Source: Flaccisagitta enflata (taxonomy: Eukaryota). Taken from it: 64,000 nt of DNA. This document shows positions 12,061-25,810 of the stretch, piece by piece. Numbering within the stretch: position 1 is the first letter of the stretch; each line of letters opens with the position of its first letter. The notes under the pieces were generated by a model. That model was given only the letters and a program-made list of their open reading frames with translations, was not told the origin of the DNA and did not search any database. The translations under genes were made by a program, and so were the position numbers. The stretch is from positions 42,966,001 to 43,030,000 of the forward strand of contig OZ231126.1 in assembly GCA_965153355.1 (NCBI GenBank), written 5' to 3'.

Positions 12061-12885
12061 CCACTTGGATAAAAAAAAAGACGCACCTATCTATTAATTT
12101 ATAAAACAGATAAAAAAAATAATTTTAACTATTTTCAAGAAAGACATTTTGAAAGATTTTCGAAAAATCTTTCATTCTACTACGCAAATAAAAAAAAAAG
12201 CCGCACTTTTAAATGACAATTTATTATATTAAATTTCAAAATAATTAAACAAAATCTTAGACCATTTTGAAGATCTTAAAAAGATCTTTTATTTAGCTCC
12301 AATCTGGTATTTCTAGCTTTATTCGTTTAGAAATGGCGTACAAAAGAGTGAAAACATTGCCATTTTCAGTTTTGCAATCTTATTAAAAAATGAGCATTTT
12401 TGCAAAAGACAGGTTCACTTTGGCAAGCTCTATCTCCTAAACGGTTTGAGATAGAGACCTGGGATTGGTCTAGAATGAAAGAAAATTCAAAAATCTTTAA
12501 AATCAGTTGAACAAAAAAAATTTGAATTAATTTTTTGTGCCTCTTCCACTCAGCTTCAAAAGGGTGCGGCTTTTTTTTTGATTCGCGTAGTAGACCAATC
12601 CCAGATCTGTATCTCAAACGGTTTAGGAGCTAGAGCTCTGCAAAGAGAAGCACTATTTTGCTAAAATGCACTTTTTTCATAGGGATTGCGAAACTGAAAT
12701 AGGCAACGTTTTTACTCAAATTGATGCCATCTCTAAACGAAAAAAGATAGCAATACCAGATTGGCGCCAAATGAAAGTACTTTCAAAGGGCTTCAAAATG
12801 ACCTAAGATTTTTTATAGTTTTGTGAAGATTTATTGGCTAAATTAACCATTTAAAAGTGCGTCTTTTTTTTTTTGATTCGCGTGG
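12061..12885. mobile_element. Tc1/mariner-type MITE (outer copy), TA TSD
   Basis: TA|CCACTTGGATAAAAAAAAAGACGCAC...GTGCGTCTTTTTTTTTTTGATTCGCGTGG|TA. Confidence 0.8.
12180..12590. mobile_element. MITE of the same family inserted in opposite orientation into the outer copy
   Basis: TA|CTACGCAAATAAAAAAAAAAGCCGCAC...GTGCGGCTTTTTTTTTGATTCGCGTAG|TA. Removing it restores TTTCATTCTAGACCAATCC, the reverse complement of the inner copy's own GGATTGGTCTAGAATGAAA. Confidence 0.85.
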
Positions 12886-13729
12886 TATTTGATGGGAATT
12901 TTGCATATTTTCAATAGCTTCTCAATTTGCCAGATTATTCAATGGGAATTTTACATTTTCTCAGTTTTCATCAAGTTTCAATGTTATTCAATGGGAACAA
13001 GCATTTTTTTGCTTTTTTGTTAATTTTCCATGTTATTCAATGGGATATTTGCATTTTGTCAAATTCCCATGTTATTCAATGGAAATTAGATTATTAGAGG
13101 CTTGAGAAGCTTGGGGTGAGAGGGGGGACGTATTGTCACGCGTACATAACGGTTCACCTCTGTGTCCTACAGGACATCGGCCCTTTGGGGCCGCTGCCTA
13201 TAAAGTAAAGTGTGACGGACCAACAGACCAACGGACGGACCGATGGACCGACGGACCCACAAAGCGGATTGTAGAGTCGCGTAGCACGCGACTAAAAAAC
13301 TCATTCGTGTCCTGGAAATTGCTAGTCATATCAAGGCTGGACATAATTTCTCAAAGAACGCTGACCTCGCGCGAAGAATCAAAGTCTACCTCACGGAAGC
13401 TTCCCTCGCTCTTGTGAACAGGTTGTGGTCCCGGGACGGAATACTGTTGTTGTTTGATTGGGGCTTCTCGATGGAGCACATAGACCGAAAGAGTAACAGC
13501 CTATCAGGTGGCAATCGGGAACGACTAACGAGTGTCCAAGGTTTCTGATATCCATCCTTCGTGACTAAACACGATAACGGTTGAAGGTGTTGATATCATA
13601 AAAGCCTCATGAATCATGATAAGGCTTTTATGATAACATCATAAGGGCTCTTATCAAATGACCTATCAAATGAGAGGAAACGTTATCAGGATCTATCTTC
13701 ATACCTGTCAAAAAAAAAGAAAAAGAAAA

Positions 13730-13919
13730 AGAAGAAGAAGAAGAAGAAGAAGAAGAAGAAGAAGAAGAAGAAGAAGAAGAAGAAGAAGAAGAAGAAGAAG
13801 AAGAAGAAGAAGAAGAAGAAGAAGAAGAAGAAGAAGAAGAAGAAGAAGAAGAAGAAGAAGAAGAAGAAGAAGAAGAAGAAGAAGAAGAAGAAGAAGAAGA
13901 AGAAGAAGAAGAAGAAGAA
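13730..13919. repeat. (GAA)n microsatellite
   Basis: Directly visible. Confidence 0.98.
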
Positions 13920-14588
13920 ACAGAAGAGGAAAAGAAAGAAAGCATCGACTTTTTCATGAAAATAGTGAGAGAGCGTGACAGCAGCAGAAAAAATAAAAAA
14001 GAAAAGTAGAAAAGAATGGTTTGGTTGTTGAGGAGTGAGTTGCCATTAACATTCCAAACAGAGAGGAGTTTATGGCGTCTCTCGATGGATTCCAATCCAA
14101 CGACTCTAAGACCTTTTCCTCACCTTTACCAAATCACCCACTATCGGCTTTTGCCGCCCGCATGTCGGAGATGCAACGTGGTTGAAATATAAGTCAATGT
14201 CCGACTGAAGCACATTTTTTTTTCCACAGGCACCATGATTTTTTTTTCCATGTGAAGATTTCAACTATGTTTGCAAGTGGGACAAAACTTCTTTATTTCG
14301 CGTAGTACAGGGCTTCAGAATGGGTAGGAAGGAAATGGGATGTAGGGAGATGTAAAAAAAGTCCAGACCCAGACCCAGACCCAGACCAGGCCACCGTTTT
14401 ACAACTTAAACATAAGCAAGTAAAAAATGTTCATGTCGAGCCCCTTTAACTTGGCACCCAACTTTGCCATGGAAACAACGCCTAAAACTACTGAACTGAT
14501 ATCTGATGAGATTGGATATCTGATAAAATCTGAATCTGATAAAACCTTTGCTCTTTATCACTACAACTAAAACGCCTAACTCTCCTTT

Positions 14589-14703
<115 letters not shown>

Positions 14704-14762
14704 CATTGCTCTCCATCTCCTGAGTCACTATCCCTCAGTTGCTCACCCATTTTTTCTTTTTT

Positions 14763-14814
<52 letters not shown>

Positions 14815-15039
14815 TCCTTCAATTTTACATTCTCTTTGACTTTTTATTTTGCGACTCCAGTCTTTGTTTCTCATCAATCAAAAACGGAGCCAAGAAATTC
14901 TTTTCTTTCCAACTTTGTTCTCACCTTCAAATAAAAGCTCTTCCAAACATCACACCGAGATAAAAATAACATCGACGGTATCAAAGACAATGAGTTCCTG
15001 TTGCAACACCTGGTACACACACCCAACCCACACACAGAA

Positions 15040-15453
<414 letters not shown>

Positions 15454-15464
15454 CCATAGATAGT

Positions 15465-16395
<931 letters not shown>

Positions 16396-16510
16396 ACGAA
16401 TGGGATCGGAGTTTTTAGGTCATCGCCGATTCGACCGCCGCAAAAGACATCTGCTGGCAAATGCAAAGCGAAATGGAGCCCAGAACGAGACTGGGGTGCG
16501 AAATCAGAAT

Positions 16511-16568
<58 letters not shown>

Positions 16569-18515
16569 CAAAGATCAATAGACAGTGTCTGTTAGACACG
16601 TAAAGAATAATTGCTTTAATAAAAGACCAGGTTCGAAAAAAAAATAGAAAGGCAAGTGGGATGTTAAAGACAGGTGTAAAGACGAAAAATATAGAAAAGA
16701 AAAGAAAGGACGAACACAATTTGTCTCAAATTAACCAATCACTAAATGATTCTTTTATTTATACAAATGGCCCGTATAATTGCAAGGCATGGTAAAACAT
16801 GGTAAAACTTTCATTTCAAAAAGGCGTTGAGTTCCCATCTGAGGTGGAACAATTCGATAAAGCAATCTTTTCAGTGATGCATAACAAAAAGACGTCAAAT
16901 GCGCACCTTTTGAGACGCAAAATGTCAATAGACAAAAGCTGCATTGCCACTTGAGATGACGGCGTTGCCATTTGACGTGAATGTTATAGAGGATACAATT
17001 ATCGGTCGATTGTGGAATTGCCGTTTTGATCCAAATTAAGAAAATAAAGTATCGCTGATGATGCATTTGTAGAAATGAGTAGAATCTCTGCTTCTTGAGC
17101 AGCAGCCCCAAATAGCCGATGTCCTGCGAAACACAGGGGTGAATTTTCATGTGAACATACCCCTCTCTCCCCCAAGACCTAAAGCCCTTATCAGCCTGCT
17201 GTGGCCTGAAATCTGGCCTTTGGAGCTTGGAATTAGTCCTCTCAAGCCTGAAATTGGTGCGGTCCTCTCAGGCCCAAATCAACCCTCACCGGCTTCAAAT
17301 CAGCTCTCACAGGTCTGTTTTCAGTTCTCATAGGTCTGAAGCAACCCTCAGAGGCCTGAAACCTGGTCTCGTTGGCCTATGATTAGCCCATGTGCCGCTG
17401 CCCTGCTCTCACCCACTACGTTGGGACAACAATTGAGCGAGGCAATAGGTATTAGGTACTGGGCAGCGCTGATCATATGCGATCCTTGTATGACTAGCTA
17501 CATCCACAACTATGTGTTGAAGGTTCACCATTTCAACTTCCACTGACCGCTGTTGCTGGTTCCATTCATAAAAATCAAAAAGAAAAGTGGCCCCGTTATT
17601 TTATGTTGAATTAGGGTACTCAATCGAAAACGGCTAAAATGGTCAAAAATCCTTATGCGCACATGGATTGACTCGTAATTACATGTATTTTGATAATTAG
17701 AACCATCAATGACACTTCGGATAATTTTCATGGCCCCTATGTAACTGAATGTGAGTGGAATCTACCAATCGTTTTCTGGCACTTTTTTTTTCCTCGAAAA
17801 AATTAGGCCATACCGAGTTTCAAAATGCGTTAATATGTGCGCCGGCACAGTAAAATCTTGCCAGGTGACTAATTTTGATACTGGCTGACACGCTGGCACG
17901 AGTGAGATTGCTAGAGAGTCGAAACATGAGTGTAATGGTCTCATTTTGCACCAAATCTAAAACTTCTTTTGATAGGTCAAAACATGCTTCATCAGAGAGA
18001 GAAAGAGAGACAGAGGGAGACAGAGAGAGACAGACAGTCAGAGACAGACAGACAGAGAAAGACAGAGAGAGACAGACAGACAGACAGAGACAGACAGAGA
18101 CACAGAAACAGAGACAGTGACCGAGACTTAATTGAATCCTTTATAGGGGCGCATTCAAACACTGCATTAGGGCCAAATAAACAGCAAATATTGTCATTTA
18201 CGGGTGGGCAGGGGCGGTAACTGATTGAAAGAAAATAGGACGTCGCTGTATGTGAAAGAGTAAATTCACTTCAATTTCTATTTTGCCCAATGAAAACCTA
18301 ATTCACATGACATTGTGTAAATTTTTTTCAATGGTTTTATGATTGATCGTGATTTTTGATGTTCATTTTTGCACCTTTGAGGGCATTTTCTTTCAAAGAC
18401 TGAGGGCAGCAGTCTGTGTACGATAACAGTTCACGCGCACCTAGCTTGCTCCACCATAGGATAATGTGAAAGTTGGAAAGGTCTTGGCAAGAATGAATTT
18501 CAGCCATTGTAAAAA

Positions 18516-21027
18516 AACAAGGCCGGATACACGGCTACCCTAGTCGCGTCCAGGTGGGCAGGAGCAGAAGAAGGTCACTAGGGCATCTGGGCAGGAGCTG
18601 TATGCTCAAAATGCTCAAAAACGCCAAAAAAGTAACTAGTCATCCAAGGATCGCACATGGTCATTGGTACCCAATGCCCTGCTGGGAATGATCCAGTTAA
18701 GAAGTGGAGTGAGAGCAGGGCAGCGGCTCTAAAGGGCCAATGTCCTGTAGAACACAGGGGTGAATTTTGAGACGTTCTTCCTTCCGTCCATCCTGAGGGA
18801 GCATATTTCAGGCTTAAGTTGGCTGATTTAGGCCACTGAAGGCATATTTGAGGGCTGGGGGGCAGAATTAAAGCTCAGAGAGCAGATTTGAGGTTTAGAG
18901 GGCTGATTTTATGCTTGGAGGGCTGATTGAAGGTCTGGAGGGCAGATTTGAGGTCTGGGGGGCAGATGTGAGGCATTTGACGGTATGTTTTCCCCCTCAT
19001 GTGCTCAAAACCCATGTACCCGATCGTTTTTGATTATTTTTATAATATTACTACCTAGAACTAAAGAGATTTGGGATTTTTGATCCATTTTAGGGACCGC
19101 GAGTTCCATTTATTTATCACCACTCCATGGTGGTTGTGGTGAAAATGTTGAAATTTGGTCACTTTGGGCTCAAAATTGGGCCATTTTAGTTTGGAAATTT
19201 GACCCGAAATCTGTGAGATTATGAAACTAGAGCTCAAGAGCTAACCAGTGGTGCAATCCGCATGTTGCCATCACTTTGAGATTTGATTTGAGAGCTTTTC
19301 AAAGATGAAAGGGTATGAGGGTTATTTTACCAATTGAATTTGGTGTTCAATTTTGACATTTTTTTACATTTTTTGTTATATCTCCACTTTGGATAGACAA
19401 ATCTGGATGAAATTGGTGACCAAATTGAAGAGTTTTTGATGCTCTAACTGAATCTAGTAAAATTTTTGATCAATATGACCCTCAAAATTTTTGGGAGACT
19501 CTAGAAGCAGGTGCTAAAAAGTGATTTTTTTTGCCATTTTAGCTACTTTGGTCAAAAAATTTGGGCACTTCCGAGATAGAAAATGACAAAAAATCAGTGG
19601 GCAAATTAAACTGCTGTTCAAGATCTAACAAATGGTGCAATCGGCATGTCGATATGTTGAAGCAGATAGATTTGGCAGAGCTTTTAGGCTCATAATGACC
19701 AAGAAATGTCATTTTATTATACCCACTGATCTTTGAAGCTTTGCCAAATCTATATGCTTTAACCTATTGACATGCCGATTGCACCATTGGTTAGATCTTG
19801 AACAGTAGTTTAATTTGCCCACTGATTTTTTGTCATTTTCTATCTCAGAAGTGCCCAAATTTTTTGACCAAAGTAGCCAAAATGGCGAAAAAAATCACTT
19901 TTTAGCACCTGCTTGTAGAGTCTCCCAAAAATTTTGAGGGTCATATCGATCCAAAATTTTACCAGATTCATCTAGAGTATCAAAAACTCTTCAATTTGGT
20001 CACCAATTTCATCCAGATTTGTCCATCCAAAGTGGAAATATATCAAAAATTGTAAAAAATGTCAAAATTGACCACCAAATTCAATTGGTAAAATAACCCT
20101 CATACCCTTCCATCTTTGAAAAGCTCTCAAATCTTAACAAAAAATGATAGCAACATGCGGATTGCACCACTGGTTAGATCTTGAGCTCTAGTTTCATAAT
20201 CTCACAGATTTCGGGTCAAATTCCCAAACCAAAGTGGCCCGATTTTTAGCCCAAAGTGACCAAATTTCAACATTTTCACCACAACCACCTTGGAGTGGTG
20301 ATAAATAAATGGAACTCGCGGTCCCTAAAATGGATCATAAATCCCAAATCTCTTTAGTTCTAGGTAGTAATATTATAAAAATAATAAAAAACGATTGGGT
20401 ACATGGGTTTTGAGCACATGAGGGGGAAAACATACCGTCAAGTGAGGCATATGGGGCTGATTTAAAGCCAAGAGGGCTAATTTGAGGCCTGGAGGGCTAA
20501 ATTGAGGCTTGGGAGGGGTAATTTCAGGCCTTGATGGTCAACGGGGGGGGGGGGGACAGATGGACGGAAGGATGGACGGACAAAAAAATGGAATGGAGGA
20601 TGGACGGAAGGACGGACAGATGGACGGACGTCTCGAAATTCCCCCATGTTCTAGAGGACATTGGCCCTTTGGGGCCGCTGCCCAAAAAGAGCAAAAAAGA
20701 GGAAGAACTAGAATAGAAAGGGAAGAAGAAGAAGAAGATCAAGTCATCCAAGGATCGCACATGGTCAGCATTACCCGATGCCCTGCTTGGAGTGATGGCT
20801 GAAGATTGAAGAAGTGGAATGAGAGAAGGGCAGCGGCCCCAAAGAGCGGATGTAATTTGCCATAATCGAGGTCACTCCATCATTTTGGCAGGAGAAGTGA
20901 GGCCAAAAACCGCAAAAAAAACAAAAAAAGTAAAGTGTGATGGATGGACGGATGGACTAACAGGCGGACCAACGGACAGACGGGTCGACAAAGCGGGGTG
21001 TAGGGTCGCGTAGCATGTGACTAAAAA
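18516..21027 (-). mobile_element. Composite of HINE-like families A and B hosting the foldback element
   Basis: A end at 18516 (AACAAGGCCGGATACACGGC). B from ~18654 (ACTAGTCATCCAAGG) to ~20685 (GGGCCGCTGCCC). A-type end GTCGCGTAGCATGTGACTAAAA at ~21027. Confidence 0.6.
18977..20441. mobile_element. Foldback-type non-autonomous DNA transposon, ~700-bp inverted arms, 9-bp TSD (Mutator/MULE-like)
   Basis: GTGAGGCAT|TTGACGGTATGTTTTCCCCCTCATGTGC...GCACATGAGGGGGAAAACATACCGTCAA|GTGAGGCAT. The arms pair inward to ~19683/19736, leaving a spacer of about 50 bp. Confidence 0.93.
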
Positions 21028-21778
21028 CGAAAATTAAATTACGTAGCAACGGGAACACAATGCATGAATCGCCTGCGTCAGTTTTACGCGTCGATTCCAT
21101 GACAATATTTATTCTCCTACCTCTAATGAAAAGGGTTCACGGTTTTGCCTATCGCCATTTCCCGCCATATCGCACGAGATTTTTAAAAACAGATTTAGAA
21201 TCACCAAAGCTTAATCTACAAGGCGTATGGGCGTACATAACCACACGGTTCTCTGATTTCAGTCAAAACGAGATTTTCTAAGCATTTTTTTAATTACTGT
21301 TAATTATCACTATTTTCATCGCCAAAAAAGTACTGTGGTCTGACTCTGTGATAAGTCGAGCAAAGTCTGATAGAAATAATGATATTTTCTTAAATTTTGT
21401 AGCAGATACGCTAGGGTTGAGGGACATTAAAATTTCTGACAACTTTTTTCTCTCTCTCAATTTCTCTGAGTTGGTGCGTTTTAGTAGCCTAGTTGAATTG
21501 GAATCATTGGCCAACCATTACGGTTAAGTGCTAGTTAAAATCTATTGCAAACACTGCTGCTACAAGTTGACAGCAAAAACACAGCACCATTTTAACCCCT
21601 GACAGTTGCAGGTTGAAATGCATAAAAACACCGTTTCAACTCTCGACTGTTGCTTGTTGATGGTAGGATTGATGCCGTTAAATCGACGATAGTTTCTTCT
21701 CGGAGAAGGAAAAGAGACTCTTCCTTGGGAATGCAAATGGCCAAATCACGACGGAGCAAAAGTGGTCTTCACACTCAC

Positions 21779-22985
21779 AGTAGGGAACGAGCAAAAACAT
21801 GGTTCGTGGGTAAGGTAGAGGGGGTCAAGTGGCATCCTAACTTGAAAGTTGGGTAAAAGCAAAAACATCGACAAGGTAGAGGGAGGAAAGTGTCATCCTC
21901 ACTTGAAAGTAGGGTAAAAGCCAAAACATGGACAAGGTAGAGGGGGAAAGTGGCATCCTTACTTGAAAGTAGGGTAAAAGCAAAAACATGGTTCGTGGGT
22001 AAGGTAGAGGGGAGAAAGTGGCATCCTAACGTGAAAGTAGGGTAAAAGTAAAAACACGGTTCATAGGTAAGGTAGAGGGGGTCAAGTGGCATTCTAACTT
22101 GAAAGTAGGGTAAAAGCAAAGACATGGTTCATGGGTAAGGAAGAGGGGGGAAAGTGGCATCCTAACTTGAATTTGAAAGTAGGGTAAAAGCAAGAACATG
22201 GTTCATGGGTAAGGTAGAGGGGGGAAAGTGGCATCCTCACTTGAAAGTAAGGTAAAAGCAAAAACATGGTTCGTGGGTAAGGTAGAGGGGAGAAAGTGGC
22301 ATCCTAACGTGAAAGTAGGGTAAAAGTAAAAACACGGTTCATAGGTAAGGTAGAGGGGGTCAAGTGGCATTCTAACTTGAAAGTAGGGTAAAAGCAAAAA
22401 CATGGTTCATGGGTAAGGTAGAGGGGGGAAAGTGGCATCCTAACTTGAATTTGAAAGTAGGGTAAAAGCAAGAACATGGTTCGTGGGTAAGGTAGAGGGG
22501 GGAAAGTGGCATCCTAACTTGAAAGTAGGGTAAAAGCAAAAACATGGTTCATGGGTAAGGTAGAGGGAGTCAAGTGGCATTCTAACTTGAAAGTAGGGTA
22601 AAAGCGAAAACATGGTTTGTGGGTAAGGTAGAGGGGGGAAAGTGGCATCCTAACTGGAAAGTAGGGTAAAAGCAAAATCTTGGTTTGTGGGTAAGGTAGA
22701 GGGGAGAAAGTGGCATCCTAACTTAAAAGTAGGGTAAAAGCAAAAACATGGTTCATGGGTAAGGTAGAGGGGGGAGAGTGGCATCCTAACTTGAAAGTAG
22801 GGTAAAAGCGAAAACATGGTTCATGGGTAAGGTAGAGGGGGGAAAGTGGCATCCTAACTTGAAAGTAGGGTAAAAGCAAAAACATGATTCATGGGTAAGG
22901 TAGAGGGGGGAAAGTGGCATCCTAACTGGAAAGTAGGGTAAAAGCAAAAACATGGTTCATGGGTAAGGTAGAGGGCGTAAAGTGG
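21779..22985. repeat. G-rich 68-bp minisatellite, about 18 units, with a 4-unit higher-order repeat
   Basis: Unit GAAAGTAGGGTAAAAGCAAAAACATGGTTCATGGGTAAGGTAGAGGGGGGAAAGTGGCATCCTAACTT. The 278-bp block starting at 21965 recurs at 22243. Confidence 0.95.
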
Positions 22986-23285
22986 TTGCGACACTTGCAA
23001 AAAAGGATCACCTTTGAATGATTACTACTCCAAAGACCCAAACAAATTGAGTTGTTCCCCTCAGATTGGTCGCATTTAAAGGAGTTTGAACAACTCTTTA
23101 AATTGTAAGCATAAACATGGGCAAAATAAAGGGGGGGGAAGTGGCCTCCACGCAAGTAGGATGTAAGCAAAAATATGGGCAAAGTACGTTGGCCGGGTGC
23201 CTAGAAAAGCTAAGATAAAATTTCCCCTGTCGCACATGTTTTTCATTTGCAAACAAAAAAACAAAAAACAAAAAAAAACAACTAT

Positions 23286-23292
23286 AACAACT

Positions 23293-23386
<94 letters not shown>

Positions 23387-23387
23387 C
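23286..23387. repeat. (AAC)n microsatellite
   Basis: Directly visible. Confidence 0.97.
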
Positions 23388-24736
23388 CAAACCTTAAAGT
23401 CTCAGCTGAACATAGTTCCTGTGGTGAAAATAGTCTCGCTCTATTTGCCTTTTGCATCGCCAGTTGTTGGAAATCAGATGCCGGTGAGGCCTGAACTGGA
23501 GGCTGAGAGAGAGAGAAACCAATTCTCCATCCTACACATTTAATGACGTTTTTACCGAGCACATGTAATTCTTTACAGGTAAGCATACCATTAGAGAAAT
23601 CAGAAGCCACTCTTAAAAAAAGTCTAAACAAGCAAGTTATCAACTTTGCTCTCATACGCGGTTCAATTTCAAAGATTAAATCTTTCAATAATTTCTATTT
23701 TCGAAACGGAGCTGAAAAAAACATGGACCGCCAAAATAATGATGAAGGAGGATGAGAACTGTTGGCGGTTTTTTTGTTCATCCTGATTGGATGCGTATTT
23801 TCTGACTATTATCGCAGAATCGATAACACTGAAAGAGTGGCTTCTGATTTCTTTAATGATTCATCAGTGTGTAAGTGAGATACAACTTGTTCAATGGTGT
23901 TTTATTTTCAAATGGTACACAAAAGCATTGTATGAAAATTTTCAAAGTAAGTAGATAAAATGTACTTATCGTTAATATAGATTGTTTTCTTTTTATTCCT
24001 CGGGGGAAAATAATATTAGTGAAAAGAAAAATGTGGAAGAATTACCTTTTTTTTTCTCAAACAGTTTTCATCGTGTGTTTTTCTAACTTTTCTATCGCTC
24101 TACAATCTACATTCTCTTATGTCATTATCATATATTCTCTCATGCACATTTATAAGAAGTTACGTGCTTGGTTGTACCACTTTATCTTCCCGTAGCTGAG
24201 AGGCGAGACGAGGAAAAAACCTCGCGATAGGAAGACAATGAAACCGCCCCGATGCCTGGCTTTTGCCCGCGCTCAGTATTCCTGGATACGAGATACGAGA
24301 GAGAAAAAAAAGAACGACCAACGATCGTGAATCAACATTCAACAACATAGAAGGCGAAGGGTAAGGGGAATGATGGGGAAAGACGGGAAGATGAGAGTGA
24401 GTGGGAAGGAAGAGATGACAAACTTACGGACGGACGGACAGACAGACGGACAGACAGACAAAGCCTCTTATCAATTCGCGAGTCCGCGATTAAAAAAAAC
24501 ATAAGAATTTGTAAACAAAAGCCAATGATGAAAAAGAAGGGAGCGGGAAAAGAGGGAGAAGAAAAGATGAAGGAAATGAAGAGGCAAGGGGAGTGGAGAT
24601 AAGAGAGGCGACATTGTGGGAGAAGAGAAATAGTAAGGAGAGAACTGAGATACACGAAACAACCGATCAACGAACATGAATCAACTGTGTAAACGGCAAA
24701 AGCAAGGGGAAAGAAGAGAGGCAAGAGCAGTATATA

Positions 24737-25237
24737 GGGTGTGTTTCTACTCAAAGACACAAACGCGTTTCTAATGTGGGTTTTGCAGATCGCGATTTTA
24801 CTTCACTCTCCCTGAAAAAAAACTGAAGCACAAAGTAGATTCAAACCCATTCCAAGTTGTCTGATGGCATCAGTTTCCTTTGATTCGAATCTTACCAACC
24901 ACGCCATCAGGACAATCATTCAAGTCAATGGTATTTCGGTGGCCTTATTTTACAACTTTGGATCACTTTATGGGGGTTTAGTTCTGTAATGGCTATCTTA
25001 TTCAATCGCCTCTCTATTAGATAACTGTACCAGAAATAACTTCAACAATTTGAGTGAAAATCTCAGTGGCCCTGGTGATTAAGGCATAAGCTTCTATCCA
25101 AGTGGAACAGATTGCTTTTGAGCGTGAGTTCGATCCCTGCAAGAGGCCAATATTTTTTCAAGATGAGGGTGGTGAAAATCGCGAATTGTAAAACCTACCT
25201 GAAAAACGTGATTGTGGCTTTGAGTAGAAACGCACCC
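24737..25237. mobile_element. PIF/Harbinger-type MITE (3-bp TSD ATA) containing two divergent tRNA-like segments
   Basis: ATA|GGGTGTGTTTCTACTCAAAG...CTTTGAGTAGAAACGCACCC|ATA. Imperfect TIRs extend about 85 bp. Internal A/B-box-like motifs on both strands. Confidence 0.85.
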
Positions 25238-25810
25238 ATAGTCAGTTCTGTAGACACTGAGGCCATGTGATAGAATCTGGATCTCAGGTAAAAATCGAGA
25301 GTTAGCGAGATCAGGTAAAAGATCATAATGTGGAAAATTATATGAAGGGTATTAGGAAAATGATATGAAGGGTATCAGGTTTTTAATGCTGTAAGACGAA
25401 CCAACTAAAGTGGGGTTCATGGAATAACAACCTGAATTGGAGGAAGGTATTTAAGTGTCTTGATTTCATTTGAGAAACTTGATATTTTGAATTTAAATTG
25501 TTCAATTGATACTTGTGTCCCTGAATGGGTTGCTATGGAAACCAAAATTATTTTTTTGAACATTTTTAACTGCTAGAATATTAACATTTTGACTGATATA
25601 ATCAAGGAACATTGCTCTGAATTAAATTTGCTACAACTTTCCCACAGTATGTTCTGTAAGAATATTGCTCGTTTGGCCGTTGCTAGGGAGCATCACTCAT
25701 AGCAACCACTGAATGATACTCCCTAGCAACAGTTAAATGAGCCATATTTTTACAGAACATACTGTGGGAAAGTTGTTGTATATTCAAATTTGAACAATGT
25801 TCCCTCATTA

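Larger units (their letters stand above)
11740..13299 (-). mobile_element. Composite: HINE-like family A interrupted by family B, itself interrupted by nested MITEs
   Basis: A-left 11740-11850 and A-right 13202-13299. Family B ends at ~11878 (GTCATCCAAGG...) and ~13199 (GGGGCCGCTGCC). Confidence 0.6.

Noticed and set aside
13300-13550. Open frame of about 80 codons in unique-looking sequence
   Set aside because: No recognisable motif, start or splice signals; cannot be supported as an exon without transcript data.
21779-22985. CRISPR-like array
   Set aside because: The whole 68-bp unit is repeated with no unique spacers and there are no cas genes; it is a minisatellite.
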